DNA of 63,953 nucleotides, the filler included, from Reclinomonas americana ATCC 50394 (Eukaryota), in NCBI GenBank assembly GCA_048213135.1. It is 32 parts of 32 records of this genome, joined end to end, with 100 filler letters (N's around TTAATTAATTAA, not from the genome) between each part and the next. Parts side by side here need not be neighbours in the genome. Positions count along the whole stretch, not along the records: positions 24,250 to 25,326 come from AFZH01024956.1; positions 25,427 to 27,712 come from AFZH01024957.1; positions 27,813 to 30,097 come from AFZH01024958.1; positions 30,198 to 32,479 come from AFZH01024959.1; positions 32,580 to 34,861 come from AFZH01024960.1; positions 34,962 to 37,240 come from AFZH01024961.1; 26 more parts are not named here. The stretch is one strand, 5' to 3'. Both the position numbers and the translations under genes were made by a program. Shown piece by piece: positions 24,250 through 36,150 of the stretch (positions are counted from its first letter, which is position 1; each line of letters begins with the position of its first letter). The notes beneath the pieces are model-generated. The model worked only from the letters and a program-made list of their open reading frames with translations, was not told the origin of the DNA and did no database searches.

Positions 24250-24657
24250 CTCGACGCCAACGGCCATCTCGCCGCTGCGACCTCGACCGGCGGCTACACC
24301 AACAAGCCGCCCGGCCGCGTCGGCGATTCCCCGATCATCGGCGCCGGCACCTATGCCCGCGACGGGCGCTGCGCCGTTTCGGGCACCGGCAAGGGCGAGT
24401 TCTTCATCCGCTACTGCATCGGCCACGAAATCGCGTCGCTGATCGGCTATGCCGGCCTCTCGTTGAAGGACGCATCCGACCGCGCCATCGCCGAACTGAC
24501 CGCGCACAAGATCGGGGCCGGCCTCGTCGCCGTCGGGGCCGATGGCGCGATCGTCGCGCCTTACAACTCCGAGGGCATGTATCGTGGCTGGGTGACGCCG
24601 GACGGGCTCGTCCATGTCGGCACCCATGCCGATGTCGAGGTGATGGGGCAGACGTGA
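24250..24657 (+). CDS. Isoaspartyl peptidase/L-asparaginase, 5' partial
   Basis: AATSTGGYTNKPPGRVGDSPIIGAG, SGTGKGEFF, YNSEGMYRG. Confidence 0.93.
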   Translation, partial: LDANGHLAAATSTGGYTNKPPGRVGDSPIIGAGTYARDGRCAVSGTGKGEFFIRYCIGHEIASLIGYAGLSLKDASDRAIAELTAHKIGAGLVAVGADGAIVAPYNSEGMYRGWVTPDGLVHVGTHADVEVMGQT

Positions 24658-25326
24658 GCAGCGATCCCATCCTGATCTGGGGCGCCGGCGCGATCGGCGG
24701 CACGCTCGGTGCCTATTGGGCGCGGACCGGGGTGCCGGTGCTGATGGTTGACATCGTGCCCGAGCATGTCGAGGCCTGCCGGACATCCGGACTGGCGATC
24801 ATCGGGCCGGTCGAGGAGTTCCGGCAAGTGGTGCCGGCGGTGACACCGCAGGAGCTGACAGGCAGCTATTCGCGCATCGTGCTGGCGGTGAAAGCCGGCG
24901 CGACGGAAGCCGCGCTTGCTGTCCTGAAACCGCGTCTCGCCGCCGACGGCTTCGTGCTCTCGGCTCAGAACGGGCTCAACGAGATCACCATCGCCAAGGC
25001 GGTCGGCGAGCAACGGACCATGGGCTGTTTCGTCAATTTCGGCGCCGACTGGCACGGGCCAGGTGAAATCCTCTACGGCAACCGCGGCGCCGTGGTCGTC
25101 GGCGAGCTCGATGGAGCGATGACGGAGCGGGTGCGCGAGATGCACCGGTTGCTCGCGATCTTCGAGCCAGACGCGATCCTGACCGACAATATCTACGGCT
25201 ATCTCTGGGGCAAGCTCGCCTATGGAGCGATGCTGTTCGGCACCGCGCTGACCAATGATTCGATGTCGGCGTAATTTGCCGATCCGCAGCGATTGCCGGT
25301 CTGGCTGGCGCTCGGGCGCGAGGTCG
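24654..25326 (+). CDS. Ketopantoate reductase family protein, 3' partial; in-frame TAA at 25272 is probably a read error
   Basis: WGAGAIGG, LAVK, SAQNGL, LWGKL; the frame continues FADPQRLPVWLALGREV after the TAA. Confidence 0.85.
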
Positions 25327-25426
25327 NNNNNNNNNNNNNNNNNNNNNNNNNNNNNNNNNNNNNNNNNNNNTTAATTAATTAANNNNNNNNNNNNNNNNNN
25401 NNNNNNNNNNNNNNNNNNNNNNNNNN

Positions 25427-27712
25427 TGGAAAGTGAGAAGAGAGAACGATTGACAATGCACACATCCACAAAGAAGCAGAGCATGCACGCACCCGCTCCA
25501 GTTTCTCCTGCTCCAGTTTCATGGCCGTGGCCTGGTACATACTGAGCTCCGACACTGTCGCCATCATCTTGCGCGTGGTGACCTTGAGGCGATGCTGATA
25601 CAGGTTCATCTCCTTGGCCGTATCCAGCGTCTCCTCACGCTCCTCCATGGCGCGCACACGAATCTTGTCCGACGCCCTAGTGAGCTGGTCCAGCAGCAAG
25701 TTCTTCTCCAGCACCTGCTCCTTCCTTGCATTCAACCGATCCTCCAGCACCGACATCTTCTTCTTCAGCTCGCCAGACTCCGGATCACGCCCCTCCAGCC
25801 GTCGCCATCTCTGTTTGTTCTCCGTCGACTCTGCGGCACAACAAAAAGATCAGCACTGAAGCGAAGATACTCCTCTCCCACTCTCTCTTTCCCTCCCTCG
25901 CTCGTACGCACCAAGCTGCAATGAATAAAATTCGGCCACTCTCCTCTCGAACTCGAGTTCCGCTTGCAGATCCAAAATCTCCAGCTGATGCTTCTCCACC
26001 TCTGGCAGCATGCGCTGGCATACGTCGATCTCGCGTCCCACATCCGTCAACTCAATCGTGAGCAAGCGAATCTCGTCCTCGCGCTTCCGCAGCGCCAACT
26101 CGCCCGTCTTCGCAATGCTCTCCTGCAAGTTGCTCTTCTCGTAGAGAATGCACAACTCGTCGTTGCGGTCAATGAGTTGAATGCCGGTGTAGTTGCGGTC
26201 CTCCACCGAGTGCTCGTACTGCTTCTTCAGCTTCAACATGTCCTCCTCCAGACGCGTGATCACGCCTGTTAGCCTGTCGACCTCGGCCTTGCTCTGGTTG
26301 ATGACCATATTCTTCTCCTTGATCTGCGCGCGCAGCTTGTCGACCTCGGACCGCGCCGCCTCCTTCTCCTTGATGACGCTGTTGTAGGCACGGCGCGACG
26401 TCTGCCGGTCCTTCTCCTTGGCAAACGACTCCTTGCTCAGCACATCCAACTCGTTCTCAATGATCTTGTTCTTCTCCTTGATCTCCGCCAGCCGCTGCTC
26501 GTTCATCTGAATTCCTTTTTGCTGCGCGATGGGTAGAGAAAGGTTGAGCAAGAGGCAATCGTACAAAGAGAGAAAACCACCACCCTCTCCTCCCGTGCAA
26601 CGACTCACGTAATTGTTCTTTTCGCGTCGCGCCTGCACAAACTTTTGATGCACACTGTCGGCGTAAATCTCAATCTGCTGCTGCTCGCGCAACAGCTCAG
26701 CAATCTCGGCCTCCTTCAGCACCACCTCCCGCTCCATCTCCTTCTTGCGGCTGAGGGCACGTGCCGCCTGTCGCGCCATCTGCTCGCGTTCTCTCGTCTT
26801 CTCCTCCAGCATCTTGTACACGGCCTTCTCCTCCTCCGACAGCTTCGCCACAATGTGCTCCAGCTTGCGCACATTGTCGAGCGTGTCGCGCAGCTGCGTG
26901 TGCGTGGCCTCGCTGCGATCGGCGTTCTCGAGCGTGTTGCGCATCTGAATCTCCACGTCCTTGTTCAACTCGCGCATTTCGCCGGCCGTGCGTTTCCGCT
27001 CACGGTCCACGGCCGCGATCTCATGCTGCACGGCGTCGAGCTGATTGCGCAACTCGATGCGATGTGCCGACGTGCTCTCAATCGCCGCCGTCAGCTTCTG
27101 GAAGCGCCGGGCCACGCGATCACGCTCGCGCTCAATCTTACCGAGGCGATCGCGTTCGCGGTTGTAGGTGAAGGCCTTGTCGGCCTGCTGCTCCTCCAAC
27201 TCGGCACGCTTCTCCTGCTCCGCTTCAATGTCGACCTTGAAGCGAGCTAGCTTGGCCTTCAGCTCCTCCTCCTGCTTCAGCAGCTTGACCAAGTCGGCGT
27301 CGTTGCCCTGGAAATCCAGTCGCAGCTCACATGACTCGTTCTCCAACCGCAATCTCTCCGCGTGTGCCTCCTGCAGCTGCCGCGCCGCCGTCTGATCGTC
27401 CTCCAACAGCTTTTGCAGCTCGCGTTTCCGCGACTCGACCGCACGCTGCACCACATCGGCCTTGCGTCGAATGACCTCCGGCTCGGCCTCCACCTTGGCC
27501 ACGCGAATACGCGCCTGCTTCTTGGTCTCCTCCAGCTCCTCCAGCGTCTTGGTCAGCTGCTCCACCTTGGCCTGCAGCGTCGTCTTCTCCGTCTCGTCTT
27601 TCAGGCGCGTCTGCAAAAAAAAACACACACACACAAACCAGAGTCAGAAGGAGGAGAGGAAAGGGGGGGCAAAGGGTGGTGGCGTTAGTTACCTCTTGCC
27701 CTTGTTCCAGTT
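25427..27712 (-). CDS. CCDC146: CCDC146/MBO2-like ciliary coiled-coil protein, haplotype A, partial
   Basis: DRNYTGIQLIDRNDELCILYEK, RWRRLEGRDP, TRKMMATVSELSMYQATA. Confidence 0.85.
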
Positions 27713-27822
27713 NNNNNNNNNNNNNNNNNNNNNNNNNNNNNNNNNNNNNNNNNNNNTTAATTAATTAANNNNNNNNNNNNNNNNNNNNNNNNNNNNNNNN
27801 NNNNNNNNNNNNTCCTCCTCGT

Positions 27823-27880
<58 letters not shown>

Positions 27881-28512
27881 TGCTGCTCTTTGTGTGCACG
27901 CAACTCGTTGCTACGTTTCTCCGCCTCCTCTCCTCCTCCTCTATCGTCATCGTCATCATTTGCTTGTGTTTTCCTCGCATTCTCCCGCACTCGGAACACC
28001 GCCAGTCGCACTCCGCCCGAGCCACGCACCACCAGTGCCTCCACACTCACCACACCATTCGCCTCATCTGCGCCACAGTACAGCCACTGTGCACTGCGGA
28101 GCGCGCGCATATGTGTGTCAGAGGAGAAATGAGAGTGAGTGAGGGAGGCAGAGAGAGAGAGAATGCAACTCGTCTTCGTCCTCGCGACCTGCAAACAGCA
28201 CTGTGCTTGCTGCTGCTGCTGCAGTGTCGTCGTTGTGTGTTGCGAGAGGCCACGCGCGCACACACAGGCCGACTGTGGTCGGTCGAGGTGGCATGCACAG
28301 ACAGAAGCGATTGGAGGGCGATAGAAGCAGAGTCTCGCCATTGGACGAGGAGGAGGAGTGGCGTAGAGCGCTCTCTGCCACGCGTACTGGCAGCATCCTC
28401 TCTTGCTCTCTCTCCCTTCGCCCTCTCTGTGATTGTTGGTTGATTGATTGATGGAAACATTTTGTGTACATTTTTCTGCGTCTTGGTTGTGTTCTTTTCT
28501 CTCTCTCTCCCC

Positions 28513-30097
28513 TCAATAGTCCTGTATGCGTGAGAGGAGAGAGTGAGTGAGTGCATGGCGAGCGTGAGCAGCAACAACAGCGATGCGACGAAACTGGTGC
28601 CAGCAGCAGAGCTGTGCCGCACAAGACCCACTTGATCGGCTTGTCGGTTGTTCTCAAACCGGCAGTGAACACGTACGTTGCGCCACGCCTGCATAGAAGC
28701 ACGTGTGTGTGTAAGAAACACGACAAAAAGGAGGAGGAGAGCGGGGCTGCGTCTCACGCAACATGGTGGTCACGTAGACTGGGCACTCGAAGACGCCCTT
28801 TTGCTCCTTCTTGTCGACAGTGACGGCCTTGACCCACATCACCGGCAACGTCGGGAACAGATCCTTCAGCGTGGCGTCCTTCAAGCTGTTCGATTGCTGC
28901 TCGCACACACAAGGAGGCATGAGTTCCGTGACGACGACGCCAGACAAACAAGCAAACAAACAAACCTTGTCCCAGCGAGCACCCTGCAGGAACAGACCAT
29001 GCACGTAGGCACCGTCACGCGGTCCGACGCCAATCTCCTCTGCCTCCTTCTTCAACACTTCGGTTTGCAAGCACATGCGATCCAGCGGCCACTCCTGCCG
29101 TCTGGCAGTGGTCTGCATGACGGCCGTCAAGAATCTGCGAGAAGAAAATGAGACACCGAATCACTGCCTCGCGACGGCAGGCGAAAAAAGAGAGTGGACG
29201 CACGACATGGGGTTGAAGAGGCCAGCGAGCCACACACTCTTGGGCATGTTGAGATCGGCGGCCCAGTCTTGGAGGAAGCGAATGCGCTCCAGCAAATCGG
29301 CGAACCACAGGCCGAGCGGCTTGAGACTGGGATACGCGAATTTGGCCCACGTGCCGGGCACTCTGTCCAGGAACAGCGCGTTGATGACCTCGTCCATGGC
29401 CTCGGAAATGGTGAGCTGACCGAGCAGACCCATCATCAGCTCCTTCAGCGACACCTTGATCGTGCTGAGCAGCAAGTTCATGCGTTCGCATTCCTGTCGC
29501 GCGCGCGCGAAGTGTGAGATGCAACGCTGGCAGCAACAATAACACCGCGTGTGATGATGCAAACACACCTGCAACAACACCAGCACGTACGGCGTGCGCT
29601 GCTCGACGCGATTGCCAATTTCCATCATGTCCAGTGGATTGTCGGGCAGGCGAGCCGTAATGTCCTCCACAATGGCCTTGACCTTGGACTCCTTTGTCTC
29701 TCCACCACCACCCGTCGAGCCACCACTCAACTCCATGATCGTACTGCGCAGCGAGAGAATTCAGTGAGCAGCTAAAACTCTCAGTGCGTCCACTCACTCG
29801 CCAACACGCCTCACCTATACACAAACTCAGACTCGGCAGTTAGGAAGACAATTTCGGCATTGGACGGCAAGCCGAACAACAGCGGCGACTCCGACGGGAG
29901 CTCCTGCTGAATGTACTGCGTGTAGTCCTCGTAGCTCACTGCGCGCAAGAGGGACGACCAGGGAGGGTGAGCACATCCACGTCACACACACTCCACAATT
30001 CATCACAACGAAACTCGGCGGCGGGCAAATGAAACCGTGTGCCAGCTCAAAGTTGCCGTCGACCAGCTGGTCGGTCATCAGGCCCTCCAGGTACGAC
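28513..30097 (-). CDS. Axonemal dynein heavy chain C-terminus (outer-arm beta, DNAH9/17-like), spliced
   Basis: ESPLLFGL..NAEI, QECERMNLL, AYPSLKPL, VWLAGLFNP.SFLTA, WPLD, GAYVHGLFLQGARWD, ECPVY, RGATYVF..KWVLCGTALLL. Confidence 0.95.
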
Positions 30098-30197
30098 NNN
30101 NNNNNNNNNNNNNNNNNNNNNNNNNNNNNNNNNNNNNNNNNTTAATTAATTAANNNNNNNNNNNNNNNNNNNNNNNNNNNNNNNNNNNNNNNNNNNN

Positions 30198-31277
30198 TCG
30201 GAGGGAGGGGAGAATGAGAAGGTCGCACCTGCACAGCAATGCGACCAATAATGTGCTCCTCGATCTTGCCACACGCGGTGATGAGGTCCTGCAGCGACCC
30301 TCGGTCCATGTACTCCAACGCCAACTGAATGGATCCCTCCTGGAAGAACGCACCAAAGAACTTGACGAGGTACGGCTGCACCCAGGAAACCGCAGTGGTG
30401 AGCTGCCAATCCCAATAAAAGCACACACATGTATGCATGCACACGCACCGAGTCAGAGCGGTAAAAGGCATCCAGCTCCTTGCCAATCTGCCGCCGCTTC
30501 TCCTCATCAAACACATGGATGAGCTGTGCGAATGCATGTCAGCTCGTGCATTCTTGTGAAGGAATGAAAGGCGGCGAACCTTGAGTGCCAACAGCTCGCC
30601 TGTTCTCTTGAGTTTTGCCTTCTTGACGACGCCAGAGCAGCCGTGGCCGAGCTCAGAGTCCGCCGGGTCAAAGGAGATGTCGGAGAACTGAATTCGCCCG
30701 CCCCTGTGCACACGCACCACAGAAGAGAGAGAGAGCGCGCATGAGAAAGATGTGTGGGACACACGGAGGGAGGGAGAGAGAGACATGGACGCAACGAATA
30801 CGCGTTGCTGCGTGACACAGTGTCGGTGGACATGCCGCTGGACGAGACCGCGTATCGTCCCTGACGGAAGGTGCCGCCCGGTGATCTGTTCCATGTGTGT
30901 GTGCGTGTGTGTATGTGAGTAAGAGAGGAAGAGACAAGAGCAGTTTGAGTGTGCGTGTGCGCGCGCGTGCGTGTGTGTGTGTGTGTCTGTGCGGGAGGAT
31001 GGCGGCCAAAATGACCCGCGCCCCTCTTGTGGCAGCAAGAGAGCGCGACACGCACGTGCTTGTCGTGGTGACATAGTGTGCCCGTGTGTGTGACAGGGGA
31101 GGAGGAGACAAGACGCATCATCACCACATGATCACGATGCAAACATGATAGGGATGATGAGCCTGGAACAAAACACACACACACGTGAGAGTGGAAACGC
31201 AACACTGGTCCCTCCTCTTGCTTCTCATCGTCGACGGCGATCTTGAGGCCGAGGTTGAGTGCCGGCTTCTTCGCCAT
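30198..31277 (-). CDS. MAP kinase kinase (STE7/MEK family), haplotype A, 3' partial
   Basis: N-terminal D-site-like KKPALNLGL, ELGHGCSGVV, LALK, YLVKFFGAF, LALEYMDRGSL. Confidence 0.88.
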
Positions 31278-31464
31278 TGTGAATGAATGCTGTGTTGTGT
31301 GTTGTCCCGCCAACCGAAGAAGAACTTCGACCTTCGAAAGCCAAGTCGAGCAAGTGAGCAAGTGGAAGTGATAGGTAGAGCGTGCATATGCAGCAAACCC
31401 GCAACGGCAAAGCAGCGGCTTACATTTCTACAACAAACATCATACAACTCTTTCGATTCTCTTC

Positions 31465-32479
31465 TCACTCGCCGAGGTACGGCCGAGCTGCCTCCCAGAT
31501 GCGGCCTTCGCGAATCAAGTCAGCGACAGTACCAATATCCCACGAGTGGACTCGATCACGCTCTGCAGGCACACCATACGTCAGCACATGTACATGGAAA
31601 GAGACAGACAGGCAGCAGCGATGAAATTCGAACCGTACGGTGCCACGTGCTGTCGCACGAGCAGGTACACAGCCTCCAGGGCCGGTGTCGACTTGAGTGG
31701 ACGCAGGAAATCAAAGGCCTGGCAGCCGCACAGCAGCTCAATGGCCAACACCGTCTCCACGTTCTTCACCACCTGCAGCGCCTTGCGAGCGGCCTTTCAT
31801 CAATCAAGAAAAACACTTGGGTGAGCCAACCGGCTTGCAACACGAGTCGCCACCACCTGCCAACGCAACCCAGGGGCCCATCGACACGTGGTCCTCCTTG
31901 CCAGCACTGGTGGAGATGCTGTCCGACGACGCCGGATGCACGAGCACCTTGTTCTCCGACGTCAATGCAGCCGCCGTGACATGGGCCACTGAATTTATTG
32001 GGTGCGGAGTGTGGGTGAGTGACTGTGAGATGTGGTGCGCGGTGTGGTGCGTACGACGCTCGCAACTCATGTAGCCCGAATTGATACCGCCCTCTCGGAC
32101 GAGGAACGCCGGCAGGTTGCTCTTTGTGTGATCGACAAGTCTGCACGACGCGAGGTGAGTGAGCACGCTGTCGCCACGCCCAAGCACACATACATACATA
32201 CACGGCTGACCTCTCAATACGCCGTTCGCTAATATTGGCCAGTTCGTGCACCGCAATCGCCACATAGTCGGCAGCCTTCGCCGGGTACTCGCCGTGGAAG
32301 TTGCCGGCCGACACAATGTCGCCACGTGGATTGCCGTGCTCGTCCACGCCCTCCTCAATCACAATCGGGTTATCCTACAGCAACAATGAGAAACAAGCCG
32401 GCAGCACAAATCAAATCGTGACACGTGACGCACCGTGGCCGAGTTCATCTCGGTCTCCAGCAGGTTGTGTGTAAAGGCC
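31465..32479 (-). CDS. HAL: Histidine ammonia-lyase, C-terminal exons, haplotype A
   Basis: [65 protein letters not shown]. Confidence 0.95.
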
Positions 32480-32579
32480 NNNNNNNNNNNNNNNNNNNNN
32501 NNNNNNNNNNNNNNNNNNNNNNNTTAATTAATTAANNNNNNNNNNNNNNNNNNNNNNNNNNNNNNNNNNNNNNNNNNNN

Positions 32580-33522
32580 CCGCCCTCGTCCCGTCCCACA
32601 AAGCGGCATGGTTTCGAAGGTGGTCGTCCGAATTCGAGATCGCCATGTTGAAGGCGATGCGTGTGAAGAGTTCCTCCGCAGTACCCTGTGGAGCTCGGTG
32701 AACACGCAAGGAGTCCAAGAAGTCCACGTAGCTCCCGCTGCGCGCCTGCAGCTCGTCGAGGCCTGTCATCGTCAACGCGCTGACTGCGAGCACGCGCTGG
32801 CTGCCGGCGATGCGGTCGAATCGCTCGACGAGCAGGACCCTGCGGCCGAGGACGAGTTCAACGCGAGTCGCGGCAACGTCTATGCCTACTCGCCCGGCGA
32901 GGAACATGCTGGCTGCTTCCGCGCCGACGACCGGGAAGTTGTCGTTGGACGCAGTGAACTTCGCGATGTACTCGCGGTCCCCGTCCTGGACGATGGCCTT
33001 CGGACGTGCACCGCCCATCGCAGTACCGCTCAGCAGCGCGCGCTCGAGCTCGTAGGGCAGATCTCCACCTGCCTCGACCGTGTCAGCTACGTTCAGAAGC
33101 TCCCCCAACGATGCAGGCGCAGCGTTGCGGGGTACGTACTCCGCCGACGACAACTGAAAGTCGATGGCGCCGAACCGGTTGGATCCCGAGTGGAGGAGAT
33201 AGGTGCGCTCATCCAGGGTGCCGGTGTCTGCGTCTGCGCCGCGGTCACCGGTCACCTGGTACTGCACGACGCGACGCCCCCACGCATCCGGCGAGGCGTC
33301 ACGGAGCGCCCCCGGCAAGCCCATCGAACCGGTAGGGCCGTAGGTGTCACCCGACAACGGAAGTGTCGGTGAGAGGGAGACGGCATTCTCTCGTTCCTGA
33401 TACAGCCGGCCGTAGTCGAACGAGAACTGGCCGGGAGCATTCTCGCGCAGTCGCCCCGCGGGGACAGGTGTGGTCTCGCCGGGCAGCCACGCCCAGACGT
33501 AGATGTCAGAAATCGAGACCAC
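32580..33522 (-). CDS. HipA-family kinase toxin, 3' partial
   Basis: YVWAWLPG..PVPAG, DASPDAWG, MGGARPKA, IAKF, LLVERFDR, NSDDHLRNH. Confidence 0.92.
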
Positions 33523-33868
33523 CGCTGTTGTCCCTTCGTGGCCGGTCGACGCGCGCAGGCAACAGAGCGAGGCGTTCTTCGCCCCGGCGGCGTAGGGCGA
33601 TGAGCTCGCTCGGGTCGTCGACGCCGAACAGTGGCACGCCGACGATGGTCGCGACGTTGAAAACCGTTCCGATGCTGGTGGTCGCGGCACCTCGCTCGAT
33701 GGAGTGCAACGTCGTCCTGGATATGCCGGCGGTGCCGGCAAGTTCATCGGCCGTCATGCCGCGCGCCGCGCGCGCCATACGGATCTGCTGGCCCAGTACG
33801 GCAATGGCGTCTTCGGCCGCTCGAGATGTTCCCACGCGCGTTCGTCCCATGTCCAATAGTCTAGGCAT
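33506..33868 (-). CDS. XRE-family HTH antitoxin (HipB-like)
   Basis: LGQQIRMARAARGMTADELAGTAGISRTTLHSIERG; overlaps the start of the HipA gene. Confidence 0.88.
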   Translation of the reverse strand: MPRLLDMGRTRVGTSRAAEDAIAVLGQQIRMARAARGMTADELAGTAGISRTTLHSIERGAATTSIGTVFNVATIVGVPLFGVDDPSELIALRRRGEERLALLPARVDRPRRDNSGGLDF

Positions 33869-34109
33869 AGATATAGTTTAAGTCCAGAATATTGAACAAT
33901 CGCCGCGCCACACATGCAACTGGAGACTCGAGCCCCTCTGGACTATTGAGAGAACTCACTCGCGCGGGGACTCGAGTCCCTCCGGCGCGCTCAACCCGCC
34001 GCCTCTCCCCCGACAACGGCGAACACAGGAGCGTCGGGCGGCGCACCGAGCCTCCTCGCCGGTGGGGCCTTGACCATCGAGGGGCCTCACTCGTGCCCGG
34101 ATACGAAAC

Positions 34110-34144
34110 GAGAGCCGGACCCAATGGGTCCGGCTCTCTTTTTT
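34110..34144. terminator. Intrinsic terminator hairpin downstream of tRNA-Leu
   Basis: GAGAGCCGGACCCA-A-TGGGTCCGGCTCTC followed by a T-run. Confidence 0.85.
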
Positions 34145-34151
34145 CGTCCTG

Positions 34152-34234
34152 TGCGCGAGGGGGGACTCGAACCCCCACATCCTTGCGAATACTGGCACCT
34201 GAAGCCAGCGCGTCTACCATTCCGCCACTCGCGC
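34152..34234 (-). tRNA. tRNA-Leu (anticodon CAG)
   Basis: GCGCGAG/CTCGCGC acceptor stem, CTGGC-TTCAGGT-GCCAG anticodon arm, long variable arm, GGGGGTTCGAGTCCCCC T-arm. Confidence 0.97.
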
Positions 34235-34379
34235 GAGTGGTCTCGTTCCGAAGAACTCAACTTCCCGAGGATATCACGCGATTTCGGCCTCCTCACACAC
34301 CCGGAAAGCGTCATCGGCGGCGTTCCCCCAGGTCACCTGGCTACGATGTCCCTACCGGTCGGCATGCCAGAGGAGCCCA

Positions 34380-34861
34380 GTGGGACTACTTGACAGCTTT
34401 GAGAAGGGTCTCGAACGCGCAGTCAACAGCGCGTTCGCGAAGACCTTCCGCAGCGGCATCCAGCCAGTGGAGATCGCTTCGGCGGTTCGTCGTGAAGCAG
34501 ACACGAAAGCCGCGGTCGTCAGCCGCGACCGCATCATCGCGCCCAACAGCTTCGTGGTGCGTCTGAGCACCGACGACGCCGAGCGGATGCGCGGGCTCGG
34601 AAACGCCCTGACCGAAGAGCTCCACGCACTCCTCACCAAGCACGCCAAGTCCCAGGGCTACAGCTTCTCGGGCCCGCTCTCGATCAGCCTCGAGGCCGAC
34701 GAGAAGGTCGCCACCGGCACGGTCCGCGTCGACTCCGGAACGGTCGAGGGCCGTGTCAGCTGGCAGGCCGTCGTCGACGTCGACGGTCGTCGGCACTCGA
34801 TCTCGCGCGCCCGCACCGTGATCGGACGCGGCTCCGACGCCGACATCACGATCGCGGATGC
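34380..34861 (+). CDS. fhaA: FhaA-like DUF3662 + FHA domain protein, 3' partial
   Basis: MGLLDSFEKGLERAVNSAFAKTFRSGIQPVEI, TVIGRGSDADI; the tRNA-Leu/fhaA arrangement is typical of Actinobacteria. Confidence 0.9.
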
Positions 34862-34961
34862 NNNNNNNNNNNNNNNNNNNNNNNNNNNNNNNNNNNNNNN
34901 NNNNNTTAATTAATTAANNNNNNNNNNNNNNNNNNNNNNNNNNNNNNNNNNNNNNNNNNNN

Positions 34962-35000
34962 GGCGGGAAGGCGTGAGAGCAGATCGCGAGAGCCTTGGTC

Positions 35001-35003
<3 letters not shown>
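34962..35003 (-). CDS. Start of third tandem F-box/Cys-rich paralog (truncated by contig end)
   Basis: MDQGSRDLLSRLPA matches the N-termini of the two upstream copies. Confidence 0.7.
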
Positions 35004-35049
<46 letters not shown>

Positions 35050-35213
35050 CTGTGTGTGTGCGCCCGTGCACGAGGTGCAGAATGAGTGAGTGTTGTCATG
35101 GCATTGTCCATGCAAACCCCGCCCTTGTTTTTGATGTTGGTTGCAATTAATATTAATTGGTTTCTGGGGAACACTTCACTCTCATCTCCTCCCCAACCGC
35201 CTAGACACCTGCA

Positions 35214-35828
35214 TCAGCGCGCCAAACACGCCACACAAATCGTGCCCCGTCGACAATTGGCGCATACGCTTTGGTCGCACGCGGTACATATGTCGATGCC
35301 CATGTCTAGATCTTCCGCGCAGCGCGTGCAGCATAAACCTACTGGGCACAGGGCACAGAAAGTCATCGTCTGCGAGCACGTCTCGCGGCACCACATCTTG
35401 TTGCACGCCCAGCATTCGTCGCGAAAGTGTTTGAAGCACAGTCCGACGCGGCAGTGACGCGTATGGCATTGAGCACACTCTCCCAGCCTATGGCTCGCCA
35501 GCAGACGGTCAGTGAGCTCGTCGCCGACCCCCTCGTGCTGCCGCTCAACGCACTGGCGACAAATGCGCAGGTGACAGGCCGGTCGATCAGCGCACTGGTG
35601 CGCCGACATGCCATCCACAAAGTCGCCTATCTTCTTGCCCGCTTGCTGGCCACAGTCGGCGCACGCGACAGGTGCGGGAATCACACTCGACTCCCACATG
35701 CGACAAAAGGAGGTGGAGACGCGCCAGAGGCCGTTCACGCCGACGCTCACGCCGAGGAATGGGAGCAGTGTGTGACGAAGGACGTCGGCGGGAAGGCGCG
35801 AGAGAAGGTCGTCTGGCTGCTGGTCCAT
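35214..35828 (-). CDS. F-box-like N-terminus + Cys-rich (CxxC) protein, paralog 2
   Basis: LLSRLPADVLRHTLLPFLG..LWRVSTSF, then many CxxC pairs; intronless. Confidence 0.75.
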   Translation of the reverse strand: MDQQPDDLLSRLPADVLRHTLLPFLGVSVGVNGLWRVSTSFCRMWESSVIPAPVACADCGQQAGKKIGDFVDGMSAHQCADRPACHLRICRQCVERQHEGVGDELTDRLLASHRLGECAQCHTRHCRVGLCFKHFRDECWACNKMWCRETCSQTMTFCALCPVGLCCTRCAEDLDMGIDICTACDQSVCANCRRGTICVACLAR

Positions 35829-36150
35829 GATGCGGGAGAGAGAGAGAGATGGTAGTAGCGGTGGTGCGTGGGTGAGCTGCACACCGGGACCTATGCGACT
35901 GAGCAGCGAAAGAGAGTTGTCAGTCAGTTTTCGACCGTTTTTGTCATGCTTCTCCTTGAACTTCACGCAATCACTTTTTTGCGCAAAAGAAAGGAAGTCT
36001 GTTTACTAACGCAGACGCTGCTGAAGAGCTTGCACAGGATGCCCGTGGTCTGCACGTGGAGGACGCTCACAGAGCACGAAAGACAGTGCGCGCCACTCAG
36101 AAGTCGTCTTCGCCACCCTCATCCTCACCCTCATCGCCGCACGACTCGCG

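Noticed and set aside
25272..25274. Stop-codon readthrough or pseudogene in the ketopantoate reductase
   Set aside because: GCG TAA TTT differs from GCG AAT TTT (Asn-Phe) by a base-order swap near a contig end; a sequencing error is more likely, though unverified.
22954..32066. Non-GT introns (G|TTGCG) as an alternative reading of the shifted donors
   Set aside because: Moving the junction by one base would give Arg instead of Met in HAL (SGYMMAH) and Cys instead of the conserved Tyr in the ADA-like gene, and would lose the AG end.
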